A DNA stretch of 64,000 nucleotides from the NCBI GenBank assembly GCA_964016885.1, contig OZ024741.1:310248001-310312000 (forward strand), read 5' to 3'. Each line of letters opens with the position of its first letter. Within the stretch, counting starts at the first letter, position 1. The DNA is from Eledone cirrhosa. Lineage: Eukaryota. The position numbers and the translations under genes are program-made. The notes beneath the pieces were generated by a model. That model was not told where the DNA came from, searched no databases, and worked only from the letters and a program-made list of their open reading frames with translations. Positions 38,365-51,070 of the stretch are shown one piece after another.

Positions 38365-41100
38365 TGACCGTGTCTTGCTCATACAGAACTGATTTTGCCT
38401 TGGTTTCTACAGCTGGACGCCCTTTCTAGTGCCAACCTCATTTACAGTGCTTTTTACCGTGGTGCCTACACGACCACTTTACAGTGTGGACTGGGTGATA
38501 TTTTGTTGTGACACCTACACGACTACCTTACAGTGGGAGGGGTAGGGGCATAATGTCTATATGCTTCAGCTTCGGCTTGTACCCGTCGGAAGTCGGGTCT
38601 TCTGTATTATTGCGTAACGCCAGAGATCTCGGTCCTGTGTCATCGCTTTTGAGAGGTGCAATTGGGCAAGATCAACTTTTATAACCTCATCCCAGGTCTT
38701 CTTGGGTCTCCCCACTCCAAGGCTTCCATCGATTTTGAGCGCTCTGCACCTTTTTTTATGCAACTGTCATCCTTTATATGCATCACATGTCCATACCAGT
38801 GTAATCTCCTCTCCTGCACACAGCATTTGATTCCTCTTATGCCTAGTCTCTCTCTCAATTCGTTTATTATTTGCCGTTCACGTATATTACTATTACACAT
38901 CCATCGGAGCATGCAAGCTCCATTTCTTTCTAATCTACGCAAGTCTTCTGTACACATCAACCAGGTCTCACTACCATGCAACATTGCTGTTTGTCTACAC
39001 ACATCATACAGTCTGCCTTTCATTTTGAGGGAAAGACCTTTTGTAGCTAGCAGTGGTAGCTCCCTGAACTTCTTCCATCCTGTTCTTACTCTGGTTACTG
39101 TACTTTCAGAACACCTACCTCCGCTGCTAATTTGGTCACCTAGGTAGCAGAAGGAGTCTACTGTTTCTACAGATCCTCCCAGAATTTGGTAGCACTTGTT
39201 TGCTGTGGTCGTTTACTGCTTAGTGTTCTGGTGTGCTGCTACATCTAAAGCCTATATTCTTAACTAAATTTCCTGAGATCCCATTACATCTCTTGTGTAC
39301 CCATAGTTTGCATTTGGGGCAGAGAATGGAATTTCTACCTACACCTTTCCTACATACTGAGCAAGGACATTTCCCTGAGGGGATATGGGTTCTGTTTTCT
39401 CTTCTACTTATGAGGACCTTAGTCTTTGTCAGGTTGACTTTGAGACCCCCTTCTTTCTAGGCACAGCTTCCATGTTTGGAATTTCTTCTCTAGTTCCACC
39501 ATAGATTCAGCTATAAATGTAAGATCATCCACGTACAGAAGTTCCCATGGGCATCTGGTCTTAAACTGCTCTATTATAACCTGCAATACGATAATAAACA
39601 GAGCCCTGCTGGACACAAACCTGTATGCTAAATTCCTCGCTATAGTCATTGTTAACCCTAACTTTGCTGACTGCTCCCCTATATATGGCTTGTACAGCCT
39701 TCCCAAGCCACTTATCCACTCCTAGTTTTCTAATAGTCCACCAAATTATAGCATGAGACACTCTGTCGAAGGCTTTTTTCAGATCGACAAATGCCAGGTA
39801 GAGTGGCTTACTTATAGCCAGGTACTTTTCCTGTAACTGCCTCACAAGGAAGAAAGCATCAGTGGTGCTTTTGCCTGGCACAAACCTAAACTGCACCTCA
39901 TCTAGTTTTACCCAGTCTCTAATCAGCTGTGCTATAACTCTTTCTGTTACTTTCATGACCTGGTCCATCAGCTTTATACCTCTATACTTTCCTCTATCTA
40001 GTGCATCTCCTTTACCCTTGTAGCAGTTGACATCTAGTATTACTTGGTTTACAATACGTGTAGTTATGGTGTGACCTACAGACCCAGGCAGCTATACCCG
40101 ATGGACCGGTTGCTTTCCCAGTTGAGGTAGGGTCTCCTCCTCCCATGCATTCTCCTCATGCAGTAATCTTTCATAATGGCTCTTCCAAGCAGCTTTCTTC
40201 TCAGTACTTGTGAGGGCAAGCACATCCTTATCACCCATGACACACTTCTCACCAATAACCTCACAATTTTCTCTCACACACTGCCTCACAATCCTGAACA
40301 CCTCCTGTTTCTGGTCCTCATGCTGCAAAACAGGCTTGAATTTTTTATTCTCTGCTTCCCTTCTAGCTAAGTATACTTGTCATCTAGGTTCCCACCTGGT
40401 CTCTATGTAATATACCCTGCTTTCCCTGTTCTTCCATTCATTACATGCCTGTCTCTTGGCATTAACTGCCTCATCTACCTTATTGTTTCACCACAAAGTC
40501 ACTCTCCTTCACCCTGTAGTCTTGCTCCAGCCACAAACCTCGTCTGTCACCTTTAGTAAGTTATTTTTTAGGAACTCCCAGTGCTCTTCTATATTGAATG
40601 TCTCTATCTGTTCTTCTTTACTGTCATAGGCGTCAAGTAAGATATCTTTATATTTGTTGCTGGCTGAGGGGTCATCCAGCTTCCAGATCTTTCTTCTCCA
40701 GGTTGCATTGTGTTTACAACCGTCCATCTATCTCATCCTCTGATAAGGATAAAATCTGACTAGAATGCTCCCCTGATCTATAGGTGATCGGGTGGTTGAC
40801 GGTTTTTCTTACATATTGACATGTCATTGGCATCACAGAATTCTAGAAGCCTAAAGCCTTCTTCATTTCTTGTGCCAAACCCGTAGCCTCCATGGACTCT
40901 ATAGAAGCCGTCACCATGTTTCCCAATGTGTTTGTTAAAGTCTCCTGCAATGATTAGTTAGTCATTGTCGTTTGTTATGGCAGTAGTGTGCATTAGCGAC
41001 TCGTAAAACCTATCCTTAAGTTCGTCTGGCGACCCAGATTGGAGTGCTTAAGTGAATATAATTGTAGCTATTGTTTTATTCAGGACTAGTCTGTGTTGTT
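38365..41100 (-). mobile_element. RTE-X-like LINE, degraded (APE remnant, RT, PHD-like finger, 3' UTR)
   Basis: GDFNKH, STTDAFFLVRQLQEKYL, AFVDLKKAFDRV, PWELLYVDDL, LHGSETW, RLHWYGHV, GRPKKTW. Confidence 0.88.
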
Positions 41101-41343
41101 ATAAAATGTTCCAAAAGGCTTGGACTAACACAGGTTATAGAAGCCCCCCCCCTCTCTTTCTTGCTTTTCAAAACCTTAACACTTCTGAAGGGAGGTTCCG
41201 ACTTCAAATTGCAAGGATAATATCAGACTGCAACATTTTATTTGTATGTATACAATGTTTGAAAAGCCCTCTCCTCAGTCAGCAAAGTTAGGGTTAACAA
41301 TGACTATAGCGAGGAATTTAGCATACAGGTTTGTCTCCACACA

Positions 41344-41388
<45 letters not shown>

Positions 41389-41389
41389 T

Positions 41390-42678
41390 CATCATCATTG
41401 TTTAACTTCTATCTTCCACTCTAGCATGGGTTAGACAGGTTTGTCCCATTTAAAGATAAGTTGGGTCAGGTGACCATGTCTCGCTCATATAGGACTGTTT
41501 CTGGCTGGTTTTCTAGGGCTGGATGCCTTTCCTAACGCCAACCACATTTACAGTCTGTGCGGGTGCTTTTTGTCGTGTCACCTACATGACCACATTAGAG
41601 TGTGGACTGGGCACTTTTGTTTTGGGACCTGCTAAGGGTGGGAGGGACTTGGGGAAGTTGTGGACATAGGTAATAGGAGAGGGATGGATACCACAAAGGG
41701 AGGTGAATGAGAGGGGAGAAGTTTGAGGAAGGTGTTGTCTACTAGGTATAAGCCTCAGCTTGAGAATAATAGAGGTGAGTCTTCTATAAAACTGCATTGC
41801 GCCAGAGGTAACGGTGCTATGTCATTGCAATTGAGAGGTGTAATTGTGCAAGGTCAGCTTTTATTACATCATCCCAAGTCTTCCTAGGCCTTCCCACTCC
41901 ACGGCTACCATCAACTTTGAGTGCACTGCACCTTTTTATACAGCTGTCATCCTTCATACGCATCACATGTCCAAATGAATGCAATCTCCTCTCCTACACA
42001 CAACAACTGACCCCTCTTATGCCTAATTTTTCACACAGTACATTTATATTTTACCGTTCACGTATATTGCTATTGCACATCCAGCGAAGCATGGAGGTTT
42101 CATTTCTTTCCAATCTTCGTAGGTCCTCAGCACACAGTGCCCAGATCTCGCTGCTGTGTAACATTGCTGTTCGTATACATGTATCATACAGTTTGCCTTT
42201 CATTTTGAGAGAAAAACTTTTTGTAGTTAGTAACGGTAGTAGTTCCCAACCTGATCTCACTCTGGTTACTGTGCTTCAGAACACCCTCCTAACTACTGAT
42301 TTGGTCACCCAGGTAACAGAAACTATCTACCACTTCTACAGAGCCCTCTGAACATTTGAAGGTGATTGTATCCTGAGGATTCTTGCTAGTTACTGCCCCT
42401 GTGCATCGGCCACAAGTAAAACCTACATTCTTTGTTAGCCTGCCTGAGATCCCACTACATCTCTTGTATATCCATTGCTTGCATTTGGTACATTGAATGG
42501 AATTTCTACCTACTCCTTTTTTGCACACTAAGCAGGGGAATTTCCCAGATGAGATCTAGGCCCTGCCTCCCCTTCTACTTACTAGGACTTTAGTCTTTGC
42601 CAGGTTGACTTTAAGACCTTTAGATTCTAGGCCTTGTTACTGGTTCTGGAATTTCATCTCTAGTTCAGCTATAGATTC
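41390..42678 (-). mobile_element. RTE-X-like LINE 3' part
   Basis: CKKGVGRNSIQCTKCKQWIYKRCSG..CGRC, VDSFCYLGDQI, MLHSSEIW..MLRWMC; 3' UTR like 38365-38560. Confidence 0.85.
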
Positions 42679-42679
42679 G

Positions 42680-43120
42680 GAGTGGATGCAGGAGAAATAT
42701 GCAGTGATATACATATGGAAGATCCTGGAAGGGTTAACACCAAACTTTGGCATTGAAGGCAGGAACAGCCCATGAACAGGATGCCACTGTGTAGGGCCAA
42801 AACTCCCATCCGTCGCAACAAGAATGGCGACTGCATATTGCAATAGCCTGGGGTTCAAGGGACCCCAGCTATTTAATAAGCTGCCAAAATATCTGAGAGA
42901 TTTACATGGTGTGCATGTGGATGTTTTCAAGAGACATCTTGATAATCTACTGACCAAGATCCCGGATGAACCCACAACACCAAGCAAATCACAACAAGAC
43001 CAACAGCAACAAACTCTCTTTTGCATCAATGGCCAACCAGGGAAGGCTGGCTATAGAAAGTGTAGCATTGGTGGCAGTGTCCCAGCTTGGCCTCAGCCTC
43101 CTGGCTGGAACACATAATAG
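42680..43120 (+). mobile_element. CR1/Jockey-group LINE 3' fragment
   Basis: YAVIYIWKILEGL, NSLGFKGPQLFNKLPKYLRDL..FKRHLD..L..IPDEP. Confidence 0.75.
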
Positions 43121-43136
43121 AGTAATATATATATGT

Positions 43137-43395
43137 AGCTGAATCTATGGCAGAACTAGAGAAGAATTCTGAACCTGGAAGCTTGGCCTAGAATCAAAGG
43201 CCTTAAAGTTCACTGGTTTAAGACTAAAGTTGTAGTATGTAGAAAGGAAAATAGGGCACAGGTGCCCTCTGGGAAATGGCTTTGCTCAGTGTGTAGGAAA
43301 GGAGTAGGTAGAATTTCTATGTTCCAAATGTAAACTATGGGTATATGAGAGATGTAGTGGGATCACAGGCAAGCTATCAAATAATGTAGGTTTGT
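43137..43395 (+). mobile_element. RTE-X-like fragment (PHD-finger region)
   Basis: AESMAELEK..KTKVVV..SGKWLCSVCRKGVGR. Confidence 0.75.
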
Positions 43396-43396
43396 A

Positions 43397-44852
43397 TGGA
43401 GAAACAGCTGGTACAGACAACATTCCAGCAGAACTGATATCGCATGGAGGAGAGGCTGTGACTGAAGTTCCTACCAAAATCTGTAACAAGATCTGGCAGA
43501 CTGGAGAGTGGCCATCACCGTGGACTCAGTCACTCGTTATCACACTCCTCAAGAAAGACAATCTACAATACTGCCAACATTATAGAACCATCAACCTTGT
43601 CAGCCACACAAGCAAAGTGATGTTCAAAGTTATTCTGAAGAGGCTTAAGTCACAGGCTGAGGAAATCATTGCGGAGGAGCAGCAGAGAGCACATTTTCAA
43701 TCTGAGAGTTCTGTGAGAAGTATAGCCAACACCAACGGGATCTGTCACAAGGGTTTCTTAACTTCAAGAAAGCCTTTGACAGGGTATGGCATGATACATT
43801 GTGGGCGACCATGAAGAAATATAACATGGGCCAAGAGATCATCCACATGATACAACAGCTGTGTGTGAAAGAAAGCCTCAAGCGTGGTACTGGTCCAAGG
43901 CATGATGGGGGATTGGTTCCACACGTCAGTAGAAGTCCGGCAGGGCTGTCTCCTCTCCCTGACACTGTTCAACATCTTCCATGAACGAATCATGACGGTC
44001 GCCCTAGAGGGCAATCCTGGCTCAGTGTAGGAGGACAAACTGTCACAAACCTCAGGTTCACTGATGACATTGATGGCTTAGCTGGTAGTGAAGAAGAACT
44101 CTCTGAGCTGGTGAAACACCAGGATACACTCTCTACTAGATACGGCATGGAGATCAGTGCTGAGAAAACCAAGCTGATGACAAACTCCTCAAAGCCAATA
44201 GAAAGAAAGATCACAGTCAATGATCAAGAGCTGAAGACTGTAACACAGTTCAAAGTACCTTGGTGCCATCAACAGTGATGAAGGATCAAAGCCAGAGGTC
44301 CTTGCACTAACAGCCACAGCACTTGCTAAACTGAAACAACTCTGGAGAGATAAAAACATCACTCTCAAGTACAAAATAAAATTACTGTGTGTGTTGGTCA
44401 TGTTCATTTTCCTATACGCATGTAAGTCATGGACCCTAACTGTGGAACTGTAAAGGAAGGTCCAAGCAGGGGTGATGAGATGCTTTTAGAGAATCCTGGG
44501 AATCTCCTACACAGAGTAGATCCTGAACGAGGAAGTCCGCAAAAGAATCACCCAGCATGTGAGCGACTTTGAAGATATGCTGACCACGGTGAAGAGGAGG
44601 AAGCTGAGGGGGTATGGACATGTAACAAGATCAGACTCGCAACAATGATTCTCCAGGGAACAGTGCGGGGGAAGAGAAAGCCAGGCAGACAGAGGAAGTG
44701 GTGAACTGATAACATAGCTGAGTGGACAGGAAAGAACTTTTCCACAATACTGGCCCATGACTGTCAGAGATGGAAGCAGTTGGTGAAATGTTCAACAGTA
44801 CAGTGCCCCAACAACCCTGTAAAGGGTTAGAGCAGGGGACCATGATGATGAT
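43397..44852 (+). mobile_element. RTE LINE RT/3' fragment
   Basis: AGTDNIPAEL, KIWQTGEWP, YRTINLVSH, GVRQGCLLS-like region, NLRFTDDI, FKYLG, GRQRKW; (ATG)n tail. Confidence 0.88.
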
Positions 44853-44861
44853 CATATATAT

Positions 44862-44990
44862 ATATGAAAAATTCGGGACCCTGACAGGTGAGCTCCTGCT
44901 CAGATCTAGCTGTTGAAACGACAAGAGCACAGCCGTCGGGGTCCTAAATTTTTCATATTACCCATTCAACTACCCCAAGTATCGAGTACT
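44862..44990 (+). ncRNA. Degenerate hammerhead with ~20-bp stem I
   Basis: atatgaaaaattcgggacc CTGACAG..GAAA cgac-aagagcaca-gccg TC ggggtcctaaatttttcatat; core mutated; downstream flank homologous to 11541-11595 (-). Confidence 0.55.
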
Positions 44991-45000
44991 CTGGTGAGAA

Positions 45001-47197
45001 ATGGGTATAGGAAAATGAACATGACCAACACACATAGTAATTATATTTTGTACTTGAGAGTGATGTTTTTATCTCTCCAGAGTTGTTTCAGTTTAGCAAG
45101 TGCTGTGGCTGTTAGTGCAAGGACCTCTGGCTTTGATCCTTCATCACTGTTGATGGCACCAAGGTACTTTGAACTGTGTTACAGTCTTCAGCTCTTGATC
45201 ATTGACTGTGATCTTTCTTTCTATTGGCTTTGAGGAGTTTGTCATCAGCTTGGTTTTCTCAGCACTGATCTCCATGCCGTATCTAGTAGAGGTTATATCC
45301 AGGTGTTTCACCAGCTCAGAGAGTTCTTCTTCACTACCAGCTAAGACATCAATGTCATCAGTGAACCTGAGGTTTGTGACAGTTTGTCCTCCTACACTGA
45401 GCCAGGATTGCCCTCTAGGGCGACCGTCATGATTCGTTCAAGGAAGATGTTGAACAGTGTTAGGGAGAGGAGACAACCCTGCCGGACTTCTACTGACGTG
45501 TGGAACCAATCCCCCATCATGCCTTGGACCAGTACCACGCTTGAGGCTTTCTTTCACACACAGCTGTTGTATCATGTGGATGATCTCTTGGCCCATGTTA
45601 TATTTCTTCATGGTCGCCCACAATGTATCATGCCATACCCTGTCAAAGGCTTTCTTGAAGTCAACAAACCCTTGGGACAGATCCCAGATTGAAAATGTGC
45701 TCTCTGCTGCTCCTCCGCAATGATTTCCTCAGCCTGTGACTTAAGCCTCTTCAGAATAACTTTGAACATCACTTTGCTTGTGTGGCTGACAAGGTTGATG
45801 GTTCTATAATGTTGGCAGTATTGTAGATTGTCTTTCTTGAGGAGTGTGATAACGAGTGACTGAGTCCACGGTGATGGCCACTCTCCAGTCTGCCAGATCT
45901 TGTTACAGATTTTTGTAGGAACTTCAGTCACAGCCTCTCCTCCATGCATTATCAGTCCTGCTGGAATGTTGTCTGTACCAGCTGTTTCTCCAGTTTTCAG
46001 TGATTTAATTGCTATCTCCACTTCTTCACACAGGACAGGGAAGTCATCCTGTTTGACACTTCTTGACTGATAAGTACCCTGGGGTCTCCATGGGTCTGAT
46101 GGCTGTACAGCTTTGAGCAGTATTCTGTTCATTTCCTGGCAATGTCGTTTCCCTGGTTGTCTTGGGAATCACCAATGACAATACTGGCTCGGTCGTCGCC
46201 CGGGCTAACAAGGACTGTGCCATCCGTCGTACACCAGGGAGGAGGTGCTAAATATACAACTGGAAATGTATTGAAAAGTATCCGCATGAGGGAGAACCTC
46301 ACAATTGCCACTTGGAATGTGAGAACACTTGCCCAACATTGCAAACTGCAGGAACTCACCCATGAAATGAGGAGATACAGCTGGCACAATGTGGGACTCT
46401 GTGAAGTCAGATGGAAACATTCTGTTGAACACCTTACTAATGAAGGTCATACACTCTACTTCAGTGGAGAACCTGACAAACAGGTACAAGGCATGGGTTT
46501 TCTTGTTAATAAGAGCATAAAAAACCGCTGTACTCAAATGCTGCTCAATATCGCACAGACTCATCAGCATCTGCCTTTGATCGGCACCATTTAACATCAC
46601 AGTAGTACAGGCCTATGCACCAACATCTGACTATGAAGACGAACAGTTATACATAGAACTTCAGAACGCCATTGACAAGGTTGATAGGAAAGATATCCTT
46701 CTTGTACAGGGAGATTGGAATGCCAAAGTGGGTGAGGATGTGGTGAAGGACTGGTGAGAACTTTTCCTGCTTGAATTTGCCAGTTGTAATGACATGGTGC
46801 TTGCTAACACCCTTGGTAGGTAACCATAAAGCATCATGGCGCTGGACTTGACACTGCCCCTACGGTACACACCACCAGATAGACTACATTATGGTGAAGA
46901 ACTGGTTTCGGTCTGGAATCAGCAGGCCAAAGCAAGAACTTTTCCAGGTGCAGCAGACTGAAATTCAACTTGGATAGGCTGAAGAACCCTACCATTGCTG
47001 AATCCTTCCAATAACTGTTGGTGGAAAATTTGCAGCTCTGTTTGCGCTTGAAGAGGGTGTTGAAGCAATGACAGCTAAGTTCAACATGGTAAGCAAATTA
47101 TGTCTTAGAGAAAAGCCACAGGATATCTCAACAACAAAAGGGCCTTTCAAATTGTGAAAGATCTCACGAAACAGAAACACCCAAGAGTCAGCACCAT
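45001..47197. mobile_element. RTE LINE with 5' inversion: RT on minus (46130->45001), 5' end plus APE on plus (46130-47197)
   Basis: Plus: IATWNVRTL, GLCEVRW, QAYAPT, QGDWNAKVG, QIDYIMV. Minus part is a ~1-kb inverted near-copy of 43397-44421. Confidence 0.88.
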
Positions 47198-47244
<47 letters not shown>

Positions 47245-47248
<4 letters not shown>

Positions 47249-47690
47249 CTAGTTTGTAGAAAGGAAAATAGGGCACATGTGTCCTCAGGGAAATGGCCAT
47301 GCTCAGTGTGTAGGAAAGGAGTAGGCAGAAATTCTATTTTATGTCCCAAATGCAAACCATGGGTACATAAAAGATGTAGTGGGATCACAGGTAAACTATC
47401 TAAGAATGTAGACTTTATATGTGGCCGATGCTCAGGTGCAATAAGTAGCAAGTGCCCACAGGATACTAGCTCCTTCTATTGCCCAGATGATTCTATAGAA
47501 ATAGTGAACACTTTCCGTTTCCTGGGTGACGAAATCAGCAGTGGTGGAGGGTGCTCTGAAAGTACAGTAGCCAGAGTCAGAACGGGATGGAAAAAGTTCA
47601 GAGAGCTTATACCGCTGTTGGCCACATGATGCACATGAAAGACGACAGCTGTATAACAAAGTGCAGGGCGATCAAAATTAATGGTAGTTA
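47245..47690 (+). mobile_element. RTE-X-like fragment with intact PHD-like finger
   Basis: KWPCSVCRKGVGRNSILCPKCKPWVHKRCSG..FICGRC..TFRFLGDEI..GWKKFREL. Confidence 0.85.
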
Positions 47691-48125
47691 CGGAGACACT
47701 CGTTCTCTCAAGGAAGCTTGCGCAGTGCACGCTATATGTGAACGGAGTTCCACTGAAGCAGGTAGAAAAGTTCAAGTATCTCGGGGCCGCGTTCATGAGT
47801 GATGGAAAGCAGAAGGCTGAATTAACTGCAAAAATTGCAGGAGCTGGTGCAGTAATGTGTCAGCTTCAGCATTCAGTAATCAGAATAAGGGAGGTAAGTG
47901 TAAAAGCCAAACTCGCTATCTTCAATTCGGTATTTGTGTCAACACTTACCTATGGTCATGAATCTTGGATAATGACCAAAAGAATACAATCTTTGGAGTA
48001 ACGTTACTTGATAAAATGTGTAGCTCTGAGATCAGACAGTCACTCAGGTAGAGCCGCTACTTCTCCAAATTGAGAGATCACAGCTCCGATACTATGGGCA
48101 TGTGGTTAGAATGTCACAGGGAAGA
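47690..48125 (+). mobile_element. RTE-family RT C-terminal fragment
   Basis: QVEKFKYLG, IFNSVFVSTLTYGHESW, QLRYYGHVVRM; related 3' piece at ~62590-62980. Confidence 0.78.
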
Positions 48126-48184
48126 AGCTTTAGTTAACGATTTGAAATACTTCACAAAAACACTATGAATATTTATGTCTTCTA

Positions 48185-48405
48185 TGGCGGTGGATTGGCA
48201 GTATCGGTAGAGAATCAGACGCCATGCTTTGCAGCATAGTGTTACGGCCCTTTATGATCTGAGTTCAAAATCCGCCGAGGTTAACTTTGCTTCTCATCCT
48301 TAAGGGGTCGATAAAATAAAGTACCAGTCACGTACTGAGGTCGAATTAATCGACTTTCCCCTCCTCCCAAAATTGCTAACCTTGTGCCTATATAAGAAAC
48401 CAATA
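48185..48405 (+). mobile_element. tRNA-derived SINE (octopus-type)
   Basis: ggcggtggattggcagtatcggtag..gagttcaaaatccgccgagg..gtcgattaatcgac-like hairpin; matches 28043-28222. Confidence 0.85.
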
Positions 48406-48832
48406 TTTATGTCTTCTGCTTTAATGGTCACTTGTTACTCCCACTCTCATTCTTCCTTCTACTGTCACACTGCCTTCCACTTCCTCCAACTCTCCCACTG
48501 CCTTCTACTTCCCCCTTCCTCCTACTGTCACCCTCTCTTCCCCACTCCGTCGTCCGCCATACCGTTCTGTAATTGAAGGGAATAACATTCTAAAATGCCA
48601 GGAATTATCTTGAAACTATTTTCTGAGCCTATGGCGTTCGAGATTCTTGTCATTGTTGGCTGCTCATCTGACCAACCTATCAGATGTTGTTCCTGCTGAG
48701 GGTGCCTGGCTATTGCAGTGTCTTAGCCTCGTTCAATGCCGTGAGTGTATTTGTTTGTCTAAAATGTATTAGAGGGAGGATCCAGCGTTCATTGTGGCGT
48801 ATAATTGAGTGTGTGTGTCTTCTGCCACTTTA

Positions 48833-48867
<35 letters not shown>

Positions 48868-49619
48868 CACATATACACTGTGTTTATTTGTATGCATAAT
48901 TATGTGAAATTAGGGTCTAGTGAGGAGGGTATATGCAACCCCAGCAGCAGGAAAACAAAACAAGAGCTGTTAAAATAGGTGAACTCCTCAAAGACAATGG
49001 TCATCTACCACAACTTTAGCTTAAATAGCTTCACCAAATCAAAATCAGGTAAGCGTGGTGAGTATGGCTATATCCCTGACATGACCCAAAACAAACAGAA
49101 AGTGGCAGACGTCAACCAGGGAGGGGTTCCTCCAATACGATTGGATTACATTAGATTAATCTAGAATTAGAATCGAGAATTTAAAAGGTTGACATTTTTG
49201 AAATGAAATATTAATTCTCTTCTTTCACCCGGCGGCTGTTAGGGCAAGACGTGTTTTCTTGGGCTCTGCTACAGTCAGCAGCAACACACAACCACATGTT
49301 GCTACACACAAGGAAAGAAAAAAAATATGAGACCAATAGAGATATGTACATTTATATCTAAATATCGCTGTTATCATTTACAGATGTCCCTCTGTGTTTA
49401 ATGTTAAACACATGTTCATTAGTATATGTGTTGTTATTTCTGTTTACATTTTACATACATATAAATATATCAATGCTTACGTGGACCTCTCAAAATTCGT
49501 TGGATTTTCTAATTGGATTTTCACCCCGAAACTGGATACCAACCCTGAGTACACTTGAACTTCCACCAGGAAATCTTTCGTATCATTGAAATTTTCTTTG
49601 CTTCTTATATATATATATA

Positions 49620-50040
49620 AATACATTATCGGAGAAAGCTAATAGCGATACTCCGGCCAAATCCCAACTCACTCAACAAACATTAGGAAATAAGTGAGTA
49701 TATTCCTAATTAAACGTTCGGGGTGTTAACAAATTGTATTTTGTGGAAAATTGGCTGTATTATTTCATATGAGATATATCAAATATATCTCTTCCCAGAC
49801 GGACGTCTCGCTTCATTATAAGATTCCTACAAGTTAGGTGAAATTATACCAATTTATGTAGAAGCTTGTATAAGATCAACAGATACTTATTCAAGTGGGC
49901 TCTTATAATTCTTCAGTAGGTGCCCAATAATATTAATATTGATAATCAAATCAACATCAATATTTAGCGATAATCACCATCAGTGGTTGAGGTAGCTGTT
50001 AGATTGCTAGCCCAGCAGTTCTAAAGAAATTCTCATACTG
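49620..50040 (-). mobile_element. Solo pLTR-like cassette, homolog of 35854-36215, carrying the long-stem-II HHR (49794-49920) with GAAA changed to GAAG
   Basis: Reverse complement aligns with 35856-36212. Confidence 0.8.
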
Positions 50041-50402
50041 TCTCAAAAAAAGAGGAAGGAGAATTACCGCCAAAATACAATACATGCGCAGGACAATGAA
50101 TTCTAAAAGGAATTCAAGCCACGTGCTAGAACTCAATTAGAATTTGAAAAAATATCCATATGTGTACATCGTTTGATGACACACATAGATATTTTCTCGG
50201 GCAAAATAACAGAATGAGATACAAGAAACAATCAATATTCATATATAAAAATAAACAAAGAGAGTCAAACCTTATATCGGGAAGTTCATATCCGTTGCAC
50301 CAAGAGTAATTTTATAAATACATTATCGGAGAAAGCTAATAGCGATACTCCGATATTTATATATATATATATATAAGAAGCAAAGAAAATTTCAATGATA
50401 CG

Positions 50403-50442
<40 letters not shown>

Positions 50443-50468
50443 CGTATCATTGAAATTTAGTATAGAGA

Positions 50469-51070
50469 GTATATCTCGACTTCCGCCCAAAGGGGGGGGG
50501 GGGGTTCCCGTGGCGATTCGAAACTCTCTCTCTTGCAGCTCGTTCCTCAAGCATAGACAATATGTAGCAACAAATATCACTACGGGACTGGCTAACGCCT
50601 CAGCCAGTTGACTGTACCCATTTAAACCTTTATAACCTTTTAATTGATAACATTAACTAACCTCTCAAGAGACATTCTTCTAATCTTTGTAATATGTAAA
50701 TAAATTATATACAAACAATTATAAAGTGTGTACTATGTGTGTATTTGTGTATTGTATCACAGAAATTACCATTGAAGATGTTAAAAGCAATGTTGTGGAA
50801 AATAGCATCTTACGACTTTATAATTGTTTATATATAATTTATTTACAGATTACAAAGATTAGAAGAATGTCTCTTGAGAGGTTAGTTAATGTTATCAATT
50901 AAAAGGTTATAAAGGTTTAAATGGGTACAGTCAACTGGCTGAGGCGTTAGCCAGTCCCGTAGTGATATTTGTTGCTACATATTGTCTATGCTTGAGGAAC
51001 GAGCTGCAAGAGAGAGAGAGATAGTTTCGAATCGCCACGGGACCCCCCCTGGGCGGAAGTCGTGATATAC
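50469..51070. repeat. Long inverted repeat (~255-bp arms, ~85-bp spacer)
   Basis: 50469-50727 versus 50815-51070 are reverse complements with few mismatches. Confidence 0.9.

Noticed and set aside
46150-46260. HDV-like ribozyme at second RTE 5' end (tccgtcgt, ccaggg, gctaa)
   Set aside because: Could not build P2 or a G1-containing P1; the region reads as open coding frame
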